Below, piece after piece: positions 9,542 to 19,278 of a stretch of 53,467 nt of DNA. Numbering within the stretch: position 1 is the first letter of the stretch; each line of letters starts with the position of its first letter. Source of the DNA: Actinomycetota bacterium. Lineage in GTDB: Bacteria > Actinomycetota > UBA4738 > HRBIN12. Below the pieces are notes generated by a model. The model was not told where the DNA came from. It searched no databases and saw only the letters and a program-made list of their open reading frames with translations. The position numbers were made by a program, and so were the translations under genes. The stretch lies in NCBI GenBank assembly GCA_038211015.1, contig JBBQVZ010000003.1:1-53467 (forward strand), read 5' to 3'.

Positions 9542-10831
9542 TCACTGCTGCGCCGCGCGCCGGAACGGCGCGCGGGGATCCTCGAACGACCCGAACTGCG
9601 TGATGTCGCGCGGGAACAGCAGCGCGATCGTCCAGTCGATCGCGATCCGCACGCGACGCCCGATCGTCGGCATCGCCCACAGGTGATACGAGCGATGCAG
9701 GAACCACCCGAGGAATCCTTTGACCTTGATCCCGAACACGTTCGCCACGCCCTTGTAACGGCCGAGCGAGCAGACGCCGCCTACGTTCCTCCACACGAAC
9801 GGCGCCAGCTCGCCGCCGAGGAGCGTGGCGGTGAGGTTCCGACCGAGGCGGCGGCCCTCGCGCATCGCGTGCTGCGCGGTGGGAGGTGCCAGCCCCCCCG
9901 TGGTTCGGTCGGGGACGGCGGCGATGTCGCCGGCCGCCCAGGCGTCCGGAACACCGACCACGCGGAGGTGATCGTCGACGACGATCCGCCCACCCTCGTC
10001 GACCGGGAGCGCGCCGAGACCGGCGAGCGGCGACGGCTTCACCCCCGCTGTCCAGACCAGCGTGTCCGCCGCGAACGCCTGCCCGTCCGACAACGTGATC
10101 GTCCCTCCCTCGGCCGAATCCAAGCGCGTGCTCAGCAGGACCTCGATGTTCCGCTCTTCCAGACGGACCTGGGCGTAGGCTGCGAGATCATCCGGCAGCT
10201 CGGGCAGGATCCGCCCAGCGGCCTCCACGAGGATCCAGCGCATCTCCCGCGGACGGAGCGTGCGGTAGTTCCGCATCGCGTCGCGGGCCAGGTCTTCGAG
10301 CTCACCCAACGCCTCCACGCCGGCGAAGCCGCCGCCCACGAAGACGAACGTGAGCGCGGAACGGCGACGGTCCACGTCCTCGGTCTCGGACGCCACGTCC
10401 AACCTGGAGAGCACGTGGTTGCGGAGGTAGATGGCCTCCTGCACCGTCTTGAACCCGATCCCGTGCTCCGCCAGACCGGGGATCGGCAGCACGCGCGACC
10501 ACGAGCCGGCCGTCACGACCAGCACGTCGTACCCCAGGCTCACCATCGCACCATCCGGGATCCGAACCTCGACGCGGCGAGCGTCGTGGTCGATCGATGT
10601 CACCTCGCCGACCTCGACCGTGGCGTGCTTCAGCAACGGACGCAGTGGCACCACGACGGCACGCGGGTCGATCGTGCCGGACGCGACCTCGGGCAGGAAC
10701 GGCTGGTACTGCATGAAGTTCTCGGCCGAGACGAGCGTCACCCGATGACCGGCATCCGCCAGCCGCCGCATCTCCATCGAGGCGTACATGCCGGCGAACC
10801 CACCGCCCACGATCATTATGCGCTTCGACAT
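9542..10831 (-). CDS. ndh: Type II NADH dehydrogenase-like FAD oxidoreductase
   Basis: Two GGG(F)AG nucleotide-binding motifs, YQPFLPEVASG, WAAGD, PPTAQHA. Confidence 0.88.
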   Translation of the reverse strand: MSKRIMIVGGGFAGMYASMEMRRLADAGHRVTLVSAENFMQYQPFLPEVASGTIDPRAVVVPLRPLLKHATVEVGEVTSIDHDARRVEVRIPDGAMVSLGYDVLVVTAGSWSRVLPIPGLAEHGIGFKTVQEAIYLRNHVLSRLDVASETEDVDRRRSALTFVFVGGGFAGVEALGELEDLARDAMRNYRTLRPREMRWILVEAAGRILPELPDDLAAYAQVRLEERNIEVLLSTRLDSAEGGTITLSDGQAFAADTLVWTAGVKPSPLAGLGALPVDEGGRIVVDDHLRVVGVPDAWAAGDIAAVPDRTTGGLAPPTAQHAMREGRRLGRNLTATLLGGELAPFVWRNVGGVCSLGRYKGVANVFGIKVKGFLGWFLHRSYHLWAMPTIGRRVRIAIDWTIALLFPRDITQFGSFEDPRAPFRRAAQQ

Positions 10832-11517
10832 CACGATGCCGCCCGCATCGCGTCCAACGCCGCCGGGAGCTCGTCGAGGCCGTGGATCGCCGCGTCCGCC
10901 TCCGCCAACTGCTCGGGTGTCGGGTGATCCGGCGCCTCTCCCCGCAGCATCCAGACCGTCCGCATGCCCGCCGCCTTCGCCGCGCGCACGTCGTAGTCCA
11001 ACCGGTCGCCGACCATCACGCTTTCCGACGGCTCCACGCCCGCCTGCTGCAGCACGTGCGTGAACAAGGCGGGGTCGGGCTTCTCCAACCCGATGTCGTC
11101 GGAGACACCCCAGACCTCGAAGGATCCGGTCAGCCCGTCTCGATGGATCACATCCTTCACCGCGCTCGGCTGGTTCGCGATGATCCCGACCCGATACCTG
11201 CCGGCGAGCGCTTCCAGGCAGGGTCGGACGTCGTCGTACAGCGCCTCGGGCGGATACGCCCAGTGCTTCGACGCCTCCGCTTCCAACGCCCCCATGTCGG
11301 CGTCCGGCCCCAGGAAACGCCGCGCCAGCTGGCTGCGGAACGATCCGGACTGCGCAGCGCGCACCGCGCGGTACACGTCGTCGAACTCCTCGTCCGTGAA
11401 GCTCGCTCCCAGCGCGCGCAGGGCTGTGTGCATCGCCCGCGCGTAGATCGTGTCGTCGTACATCACGCCGCCGATGTCGAAGAACACCATCTCCAGCGCC
11501 GGGCTCACGTGGGTCAT
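10831..11517 (-). CDS. HAD family hydrolase
   Basis: FFDIGGV, KPDP and MVGDRLDYDV motifs. Confidence 0.88.
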   Translation of the reverse strand: MTHVSPALEMVFFDIGGVMYDDTIYARAMHTALRALGASFTDEEFDDVYRAVRAAQSGSFRSQLARRFLGPDADMGALEAEASKHWAYPPEALYDDVRPCLEALAGRYRVGIIANQPSAVKDVIHRDGLTGSFEVWGVSDDIGLEKPDPALFTHVLQQAGVEPSESVMVGDRLDYDVRAAKAAGMRTVWMLRGEAPDHPTPEQLAEADAAIHGLDELPAALDAMRAAS

Positions 11518-12347
11518 TCCCCGAACCTGGACAGCAGGCCGCGTTCCCGCACCTGCCGGAGCGACCACGAGAACACCCATGCCGCCCCCGCGATGTAGAG
11601 CAGGTCGATCGCGAACGCCCACGCCAGCTCGCGAACGGGCAGCCCCGCATCACCCAGCAGGATCGCGCGCATCCCCTCGAACACGTGCGAGGCTGGAACG
11701 AAGAACGCGATCCCACGCATCCACGACGGCAGCACGTCGACCGGGTAGAACACGGCGCTGAACGGCTGGAACAGGAACCCGAGCGCCCACGCGAGCTCCT
11801 CGGCTCCCTGTCCTAGTCGCAGGATCGCTGCGGTGGTCGCCACCCCGACGGCCCAGCCCATCAGCAGGAGGGCGAGCAGGCACGGGATCAACGGCAACCC
11901 GACCTCGACCACGAAGTTGAACCCGAACGCGAACCCGGCGATGGCGATCGCGATGACGGCGCCCAGGGTGACGCGCACGATACCGACGAGCACCGTCCCC
12001 CCGACGTACTCCCAAGCGCGGATCGGGGTCGACCAGACGTTCAACACGTTGCGGCTCCACATGTCCTCCAGGAACCCCACCGAGACCGACTGTTGCGCGC
12101 GGAACAAGATGTCCCACGAGATCAGCGCCCCGAGCAGGCCGAACCCGATCCGGCTCGAGGGATCGGTGTCCGCGATGTACGTGGACAGCAGCCCCCACAG
12201 GGTGATGTCGAGGACCGGCCAGTAGACGGCCTCGAGCCATCGGTGAAGCGTTCGCTTGTACAGGTACATCTGCCGGAGCATCACGGCGCTGATCCGGCCC
12301 CACGACGACGGCCGGACGTCGGGACGCACCCCCGCGCCCCCGGCCAC
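11514..12347 (-). CDS. ABC-2 type exporter permease
   Basis: About 6 TM helices; FSAVFYPVDVLPSW and PASHVFEGMR motifs. Confidence 0.88.
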   Translation of the reverse strand: MAGGAGVRPDVRPSSWGRISAVMLRQMYLYKRTLHRWLEAVYWPVLDITLWGLLSTYIADTDPSSRIGFGLLGALISWDILFRAQQSVSVGFLEDMWSRNVLNVWSTPIRAWEYVGGTVLVGIVRVTLGAVIAIAIAGFAFGFNFVVEVGLPLIPCLLALLLMGWAVGVATTAAILRLGQGAEELAWALGFLFQPFSAVFYPVDVLPSWMRGIAFFVPASHVFEGMRAILLGDAGLPVRELAWAFAIDLLYIAGAAWVFSWSLRQVRERGLLSRFGE

Positions 12348-12348
12348 G

Positions 12349-13095
<747 letters not shown>

Positions 13096-13142
13096 GACCC
13101 GGATGCTAGCGGGCCGTCACGACGGAGATGGCGCTGGGGCCC

Positions 13143-13976
13143 TCAGTCGCCGGCGCGGCGACGCAGCTCGGCGAAGCGATCCGTGTCGGTCGTCTCGCTC
13201 CCCAACCGCACGGGGTCGTACCGCAGCCCGTGGCAATCCGACGCACCGGTCGGCACGACGTCCAGCCGTTCTGCCATCGCCCGATACTTCGCTCGCTGGG
13301 CATCGTCGTGATCCGGATGGTCGACCTCGAGCCCGGCCATGCCGCCCTCCGCCATCGCCTCGATCAGGTCGTCGGGAACCGATCCCGCTCCCTTCCACAT
13401 GCCCGGGTGGGCCAGGACGCACACACCGCCGGCGCCCGCGATCAGCGTGAGCGCGTCCAGCGGGTGCAGGGCGTGCTTCGGTTCCCAGGCGCGACCGCCG
13501 TCGGCGATGAACTCCTCGGTGAAGGCGGCCTTCTCGTTCGGCACGATGCCGGCCTCGACCATGGCCTGCGCGACGTGCGGACGAGCGATCGTGTCGCCTC
13601 CCGCGATCTGCCGTACCCGCTCGAAATCGATCGGATACCCGAGCTCCTGGAGCTTCTCGACCATGAGCTCCCCCCGCCGGAAGCGGGTGTCGGTCAGGCG
13701 CCGGAGCTCTACCCGCAATGGCTCGTTCACGGGATCGATCCAGTAGGCGAGGACGTGCAGGCTGGCTCCCTCGTACTCCGCGGAGAATTCGATGCCCGGG
13801 ACCACCTCGATCTTGTCGCCCGCCGCGGCGGCGGCCTCGTCGAGCCCCGCCAACGTGTCGTGGTCCGTGATCGCGACCCCGGTCAGGCCGCGCTCCACAG
13901 CGAGGTCCACCATCTCCGTCGGCGTGAACGTGCCGTCGGAGCGGTTCGTATGCACGTGGAGGTCGTAGCCGGCCAT
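13143..13976 (-). CDS. PHP domain metallophosphoesterase
   Basis: DLHVHT, AITDHD, LAHP and GASDCHG motifs. Confidence 0.92.
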   Translation of the reverse strand: MAGYDLHVHTNRSDGTFTPTEMVDLAVERGLTGVAITDHDTLAGLDEAAAAAGDKIEVVPGIEFSAEYEGASLHVLAYWIDPVNEPLRVELRRLTDTRFRRGELMVEKLQELGYPIDFERVRQIAGGDTIARPHVAQAMVEAGIVPNEKAAFTEEFIADGGRAWEPKHALHPLDALTLIAGAGGVCVLAHPGMWKGAGSVPDDLIEAMAEGGMAGLEVDHPDHDDAQRAKYRAMAERLDVVPTGASDCHGLRYDPVRLGSETTDTDRFAELRRRAGD

Positions 13977-14010
13977 GACCGCCGATGGTGGCAGACGCGG
14001 CTGCCGGCCG

Positions 14011-15033
14011 TCACGCCGGACGGACGAGTGAGGACGTGATCTCCGCGATCGTCCTGCACCCGCAGAGCGCCATCGCGTTCTCGAGCTCGAGACGGAGGAT
14101 CCCGAGCACGTCGGTCACGCCCGCCTGGCCGTCGACCGCCAGGCCCCAGATGAGTGGGCGACCGACGAGCACCGCGTCCGCCCCCAGGGCGAGCGCCTTC
14201 ACCACGTCGGTCCCCCGTCTGATCCCGCCGTCCACCAGGACCGGAACGCGACCGCCGACGGCCTCCACCACCTCGGGAAGCACGGTCAGTCCGGCCGGCG
14301 AGCCATCCAACTGACGACCGCCGTGGTTCGAGACCACGATGCCGTCGACGCCCGCCGCGACAGCAAGCTCGGCATCCTCGGCTGTGAGGATGCCCTTCAC
14401 CAGCATCGGCAGGTCGTTCGCCCGGTCACGCACCCAGCCGAGGTCGTCCCAGGTGAGCATCGACTCAAACCGCATCTCGGACGAGGCCGCCCCGTACGTG
14501 AGCGCGAACCCGTGTCGAGAGTCACGATGACGCAAGCCGAGGTGTGGGACGTCGACGGTGAGGCAGATCGCCTCGTAGCCGGCCTCGACCACCCGGGCGA
14601 GCATGTCGCTCGTCGCTGCCCTGTCCTCGAAGAGGTACAGCTGCCACCATTTCGGGGCATCCGACGCCGCCGCCACATCCTCGAGGATGTCGAACGCCGT
14701 GGTCGAGACGACCATGATCGTCCCGGCCGCGGCGGCCGCACGCGCCGTCGCCCGCTCACCGTCCGGATGGGCCATCGACTGGTAAGCCCACGGCGCCACG
14801 AGGACCGGGAGAGACAGCGGCGTCCCGAAGATCGAAGCCGACGGATCGGGACTCCCTGAACCGCGGAGGACCCGGGGCCTGAGGCTCCATCGGTCGAACG
14901 CTCGTCGGTTCTCGGCGAGCGTCCACTCGTCGCCCGCGCCTCCCGCATAGAAGTCGTACACATCGGATGAGAGCCGCTCGCGCGCCACCGGCTCGTAGTC
15001 GTCGACCGTGACGAACCGCGGGACGTCGTCCAT
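14011..15033 (-). CDS. FMN-dependent alpha-hydroxy acid oxidase/dehydrogenase
   Basis: SNHGGRQLD signature; DGGIRRGTDVVKALALGA. Confidence 0.93.
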   Translation of the reverse strand: MDDVPRFVTVDDYEPVARERLSSDVYDFYAGGAGDEWTLAENRRAFDRWSLRPRVLRGSGSPDPSASIFGTPLSLPVLVAPWAYQSMAHPDGERATARAAAAAGTIMVVSTTAFDILEDVAAASDAPKWWQLYLFEDRAATSDMLARVVEAGYEAICLTVDVPHLGLRHRDSRHGFALTYGAASSEMRFESMLTWDDLGWVRDRANDLPMLVKGILTAEDAELAVAAGVDGIVVSNHGGRQLDGSPAGLTVLPEVVEAVGGRVPVLVDGGIRRGTDVVKALALGADAVLVGRPLIWGLAVDGQAGVTDVLGILRLELENAMALCGCRTIAEITSSLVRPA

Positions 15034-15059
15034 CGTCGGAGCCTAGCCGACCCTCGTGG

Positions 15060-15863
15060 TCAGCCCCGGGCGGCGAAGCGCCCAGCACCCATGTCGCGGG
15101 AGAGTCCCCGCCCGGCCTCGCGCACCGCCGCGACCAGGGCGGGCGCCGGCCCATCCGGCAGGAGCCGCTCCACCGGTCCCACGACGGAGATGGCTCCGGC
15201 GGGATCGCCGCGATGATCGAACACCGGCGACGCGATCTCGGCCTCACCCACGACCGCCTCCTGATCCTCCACGGCGACGCCGAGCGTCGAGATCTCCTCG
15301 AGCGCGGCTCGCAGGAGCGACGGCTCGGTCATCGTGCGGCCCGTGAGCGGGGAGAGGTCGGCGGCGAGGAGCGCGGTCCGACGAGCGGGCGGCACGAACG
15401 CGGCGAACGCCTTCCCCAAGGCGCACGCGTGCCACGGGATCGACGCGCCCACCTCCAGGATCTGAACGGAGTTGTCCGGGCGGAAGACGTGATGGACGAT
15501 CAGCACCGTCTCCCCGTTCATCACGCCGACACGGACGGCCTCGCCGACGCGCGTCGCGAGCGAGCCCGCCCACATCAGTGAACGAGCGCGAAGCTCGTGG
15601 TTGTCCAGGAACGAGTTCCCCAGCTGCAGCATGGCGGCACCCAGCCGGTACTTCCCGCTGTTGGGGTCCTGCTCGACGAGCTCCTGCTGCTCGAGCGTGC
15701 GGAGCAAGCCGTGGACCGTGGCCTTCGCGATCTTCAACTGGTCCGAGATCTCCGTCACGCCGAGGCGCGGCGAGCTGCCCAGCACCCGCAAGATGCGCGC
15801 GGCTCGATCGACGGACTGGATCGTGCCGTGGCGATCCCCGGCGGCGGATACCCTCGTTGCCAT
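15060..15863 (-). CDS. gylR: IclR family regulator, GylR-like glycerol operon regulator
   Basis: IQSVDRAARIL HTH; LGNSFLDNHELRARS and HHVFRPDNSVQILEVG segments typical of GylR; adjacent to glpF/glpK. Confidence 0.85.
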   Translation of the reverse strand: MATRVSAAGDRHGTIQSVDRAARILRVLGSSPRLGVTEISDQLKIAKATVHGLLRTLEQQELVEQDPNSGKYRLGAAMLQLGNSFLDNHELRARSLMWAGSLATRVGEAVRVGVMNGETVLIVHHVFRPDNSVQILEVGASIPWHACALGKAFAAFVPPARRTALLAADLSPLTGRTMTEPSLLRAALEEISTLGVAVEDQEAVVGEAEIASPVFDHRGDPAGAISVVGPVERLLPDGPAPALVAAVREAGRGLSRDMGAGRFAARG

Positions 15864-15865
15864 GG

Positions 15866-16549
15866 TCAACGGACGGCTCTCTCGAGCGCTCCGAAGATGA
15901 GCGCGGTCGAGGTTGCCCCCGGATCCTGATGCCCGATGCTCCGTGACCCCAGGTAGGACGCTCGACCCTTCCTCGCTTGCATCGGCAGCGTCGCTTCGAC
16001 CCCGGCGTTCGCCGCATCCGCGGCACTGCGCGCACCTTCGACCACGCTGCCCCCGGCTCGCAAGGTTCGCTCGAACGCCGAAACCGCCGGCTCCCACGCG
16101 TCGACCATCGTCTTGTCGCCCGGTGCCGCCGCGCCCAGAGCTTGTATCCCCGCGAGACCCGCCCGGAGCGCCGAAAGGAGCGCTTCGCCGTCCGGCGGAT
16201 CGGCCTCGGAGAGCGTCGCGCCGATCTGACGGAATCCGGTTCCGAAGAGCGGACCCGCGGCACCACCGACCCGGTAGACGAGCGTCGTTCCCACCTCCTG
16301 AAGGAGCGAGCCCGGCGATCCATCCGGAGACGACTGGAGGGTGGCGACGGCGGCGGTGAACCCACGGTGCATGTTCACCCCGTGATCGGCATCGCCGATG
16401 GCCGCGTCCAACTGGGTGAGGAAGTCACGCTCCTCCTCGATCCGCGAGGCGGCATCGACGATCCATCGACGCACGAATTCGGCATCGACGAGGAACGCTC
16501 CCAGCGCTGGGGAGCCGACACCGCCCCGGCGAGTCGTCGGCCTGCTCAC
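15866..16549 (-). CDS. dhaL: Dihydroxyacetone kinase ADP-binding subunit L (paralog in the regulator operon)
   Basis: LTQLDAAIGDADHG, GGAAGPLFG, GDKTMVD and ARKGRASYLG...GHQDPGA; GTG start inferred from the upstream promoter. Confidence 0.88.
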   Translation of the reverse strand: MSRPTTRRGGVGSPALGAFLVDAEFVRRWIVDAASRIEEERDFLTQLDAAIGDADHGVNMHRGFTAAVATLQSSPDGSPGSLLQEVGTTLVYRVGGAAGPLFGTGFRQIGATLSEADPPDGEALLSALRAGLAGIQALGAAAPGDKTMVDAWEPAVSAFERTLRAGGSVVEGARSAADAANAGVEATLPMQARKGRASYLGSRSIGHQDPGATSTALIFGALERAVR

Positions 16550-16557
16550 TCGGTGGC

Positions 16558-16587
16558 ACCATCCGTCCACCCGACGGCACCTGTCAA
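16558..16587 (-). promoter_or_regulatory. Putative housekeeping promoter for dhaL-gylR (leaderless)
   Basis: Minus strand TTGACA-N18-GATGGT, 8 nt before GTG at 16549. Confidence 0.45.
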
Positions 16588-16616
16588 ACCCGCCTCCTGC
16601 TCGACCGAACGCGATC

Positions 16617-16654
16617 TGTTCGACGATGCCGAACATAACACGACGATGTCGGTC
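16617..16654. promoter_or_regulatory. Tandem GylR-type operator inverted repeats
   Basis: GTTCGAC-gat-GCCGAAC (16618-16634) matches the mycobacterial GylR consensus GKTCGRC-N3-GYCGAMC as I recall it; a degenerate copy ACACGAC-gat-GTCGGTC starts 20 bp later. Confidence 0.7.
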
Positions 16655-16763
16655 CAATCACGGTCAGATCGCCCTTTGACTTTCGGATGCGATGAGCCTT
16701 GTCTATGGGTCACGGAGCGTCCACATCCGGGGCGCCGCGATGCATGGGGAGGTGGTCGCTCAG

Positions 16764-17492
16764 ATGTTCCTCGGAGAGGTGGTCGGCACGTGTGTGCTGA
16801 TCCTGCTTGGCGACGGAGTCGTCGCCGGGGTCCTGCTCAACAAGTCCAAGGCTCAGAACTCAGGATGGATCGTCATCACGTTCGCGTGGGCGATGGGCGT
16901 CCTGTTCGGTGTTCTTTCGAGCCTTGCGGTCTCGGGCGGCCTTGCTCATCTGAACCCGGCAGTCACCCTCGGACTGGCTGCGATCGGACCGGAGAAGTTC
17001 GGATTCACGTGGGGAGACGTGCCTCAGATAATCGCGGGCGAGTTCATCGGGGCGATGCTCGGAGCCCTGTTGGTGTACCTAAGCTACCTCCCGCACTGGG
17101 GCGAGACCGATGACGCAGGCCTGAAGCTCGCTGTGTATTCCACGGGGCCAGCGATCCGTAACACCACCGCGAACCTCATCACCGAGATTATCGGTACGGC
17201 GATGCTGGTGTTCGGCGTGGTCGCGATCGGCGGCTTCGGCGCGGGCGTCACCGATTTCGGATACTTCTTCGTTGCTCTCTTGGTGCTGGGCATCGGGCTA
17301 TCGCTCGGCGGTCCGACGGGGTACGCCATCAACCCTGCACGAGACCTCGGCCCACGGATCATGCACTTCATCCTTCCGATCGCGGGTAAGGGCGATTCCG
17401 ACTGGGGCTACTCGTGGATCCCCGTGGTCGGCCCCGTCATCGGAGGGGTGGCCGGCGCGTTCATCGCCAAGGCAGTGATGAAGGGCTTTTAG
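16764..17492 (+). CDS. glpF: Glycerol uptake facilitator (aquaglyceroporin)
   Basis: HLNPAVT and YAINPARDLGPR (NPARD is glyceroporin-type); GGGAGG RBS before ATG 16764, alternative start 16740. Confidence 0.93.
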   Translation: MFLGEVVGTCVLILLGDGVVAGVLLNKSKAQNSGWIVITFAWAMGVLFGVLSSLAVSGGLAHLNPAVTLGLAAIGPEKFGFTWGDVPQIIAGEFIGAMLGALLVYLSYLPHWGETDDAGLKLAVYSTGPAIRNTTANLITEIIGTAMLVFGVVAIGGFGAGVTDFGYFFVALLVLGIGLSLGGPTGYAINPARDLGPRIMHFILPIAGKGDSDWGYSWIPVVGPVIGGVAGAFIAKAVMKGF

Positions 17493-17519
17493 CAGAACCG
17501 TGACGACGAAGGAGAGGCG

Positions 17520-18521
17520 ATGAAGAAGCTCATCAACGACCCCGCGAACGTCGTTCGCGAAGCGCTGGAAGGCATGGAAGCGGCCCACTCGGACCTGATC
17601 AAGGTGACGTACGACCCGTACACGATCGTGCGGAAGGATGCGCCCGTTCAGGGCAAGGTGGCGCTCGTCTCGGGTGGCGGCTCAGGGCACGAGCCCATGC
17701 ACGGCGGGTTCGTCGGCATGGGCATGCTCGATGCCGCGTGCCCCGGCGAGGTATTCACCTCACCGACTCCGGACCAGATGGAGGCCGCGACGAAGGCCGT
17801 CGACGGCGGCGCCGGTGTCATCCACATCGTCAAGAACTACACCGGCGACGTGATGAACTTCGAGATGGCCGCCGAGCTCTGCCGCTCGGAGGGCACCGAG
17901 GTGGAGTCCGTGCTGGTGGACGACGACGTCGCCGTCCAGGACAGCCTCTACACGGCAGGCCGACGCGGCGTGGGTGCCACCGTTCTTCTGGAGAAGATCG
18001 CCGGCGCGGCGGCGGAGGAGAAGCGGCCCCTCAAGGAGGTCGCGGACATCTGCCGTGAGGTGAACGCGAACGCCCGCACCATGGGCATGGCGCTCACCTC
18101 ATGCACGGTGCCGGCTGCCGGGAAGCCGACGTTCGAGCTCGGTGAGGACGAGTTCGAGATCGGGATCGGCATCCACGGCGAGCCCGGACGCGAGCGGATG
18201 AAGCTGAAGACCGCCCACGACATCGTCGAGATGATGGCGGTCGCGGTGGTCGAGGATCTTCCGTTCTCATCCGGCGACAACGTGCTGGCGTTCGTGAACG
18301 GCATGGGCGGCACGCCGCTGATCGAGCTCTACCTCGTCTTCAACGAGCTCAACAAGTTCCTGAAGGGGAAGGGAGTCACGATCTCGCGCAACCTGATCGG
18401 GTCCTACATCACCTCGCTCGAGATGGCGGGCTGTTCGATCACGCTGCTGAAGCTGAACGACGAGTTGACCAAGCTGTGGGATGCGCCCGTCAAGACGCCT
18501 GGGTTGCGTTGGGGGGCCTGA
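17520..18521 (+). CDS. dhaK: Dihydroxyacetone kinase subunit K
   Basis: [27 protein letters not shown] and GIHGEPG motifs. Confidence 0.96.
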   Translation: MKKLINDPANVVREALEGMEAAHSDLIKVTYDPYTIVRKDAPVQGKVALVSGGGSGHEPMHGGFVGMGMLDAACPGEVFTSPTPDQMEAATKAVDGGAGVIHIVKNYTGDVMNFEMAAELCRSEGTEVESVLVDDDVAVQDSLYTAGRRGVGATVLLEKIAGAAAEEKRPLKEVADICREVNANARTMGMALTSCTVPAAGKPTFELGEDEFEIGIGIHGEPGRERMKLKTAHDIVEMMAVAVVEDLPFSSGDNVLAFVNGMGGTPLIELYLVFNELNKFLKGKGVTISRNLIGSYITSLEMAGCSITLLKLNDELTKLWDAPVKTPGLRWGA

Positions 18522-18559
18522 CCCCTACCGTGTCCCAGACGACGAGAGGGGTGGCACGA

Positions 18560-19195
18560 TTGAGCGTCCCGTACGACGATGTGGTCCGGATGGTCCGGGT
18601 GTTCGCGGCGACGATCGCGGAGAACAAGGCGTATCTGACGGAGCTCGACTCCGCGATCGGCGACGCGGACCACGGCATCAACATGGACCGCGGATTCCAG
18701 GCCGTGCTCGCCAAGCTCGACGCTCTCCCCCCAGGTGACGTCGGCTCGTTCTTCAAGGCCATCGGGATGACGTTGGTCTCGACGGTCGGCGGCGCGGGCG
18801 GTCCGTTGTACGGGACGCTCTTCCTCCAACTCGGCACCGCCACGGCAGGCAAGACCGAGATCACGGCGGAAGACTGGTCGGCGGCACTCGCGGCCGCCGT
18901 CCAGGGCGTGCAGGCTCGAGGCAAGGCCGAGCTCCAGGACAAGACGATGGTCGACGCACTCGCGCCCGCCCGCGACGCGTTCGCCGAGGCCGTCGCGGAG
19001 GGAGCGTCGTTCGGGGATGCGCTCGGACGTTCGGCCGCGGCGGGCGAGGAAGGCATGAAGGGCACGATCCCGCTCGTGGCTCGGAAGGGCAGGGCGAGCT
19101 ACTTGGGTGAGCGGAGCGCCGGACATCAGGACCCCGGTGCCACGTCGTCGTTCCTGCTGTTGAAGGCCATCGCCGAGACGTGGAGCGAGGGATAG
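18560..19195 (+). CDS. dhaL: Dihydroxyacetone kinase subunit L
   Basis: LTELDSAIGDADHG, DKTMVD, ARKGRASYLGERSAGHQDPGA; TTG start (alternative GTG 18551). Confidence 0.93.
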   Translation: MSVPYDDVVRMVRVFAATIAENKAYLTELDSAIGDADHGINMDRGFQAVLAKLDALPPGDVGSFFKAIGMTLVSTVGGAGGPLYGTLFLQLGTATAGKTEITAEDWSAALAAAVQGVQARGKAELQDKTMVDALAPARDAFAEAVAEGASFGDALGRSAAAGEEGMKGTIPLVARKGRASYLGERSAGHQDPGATSSFLLLKAIAETWSEG

Positions 19196-19215
19196 CGCTG
19201 ATAGAGGGTGACGCT

Positions 19216-19258
19216 AGACGGTGAAGCAAGACGGTGAAGCCTGGATGGACCGTGAACC
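19216..19258. repeat. Short direct repeats upstream of glpK
   Basis: AGACGGTGAAGC at 19216-19227 and 19229-19240; degenerate GGACCGTGAACC at 19247-19258. Confidence 0.7.
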
Positions 19259-19278
19259 ATGGACAGAAGGAGGTCCGC

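Noticed and set aside
16764-17492. Somewhat lower GC in glpF as evidence of transfer
   Set aside because: Largely explained by hydrophobic Phe/Ile/Leu codons; no mobility signatures.
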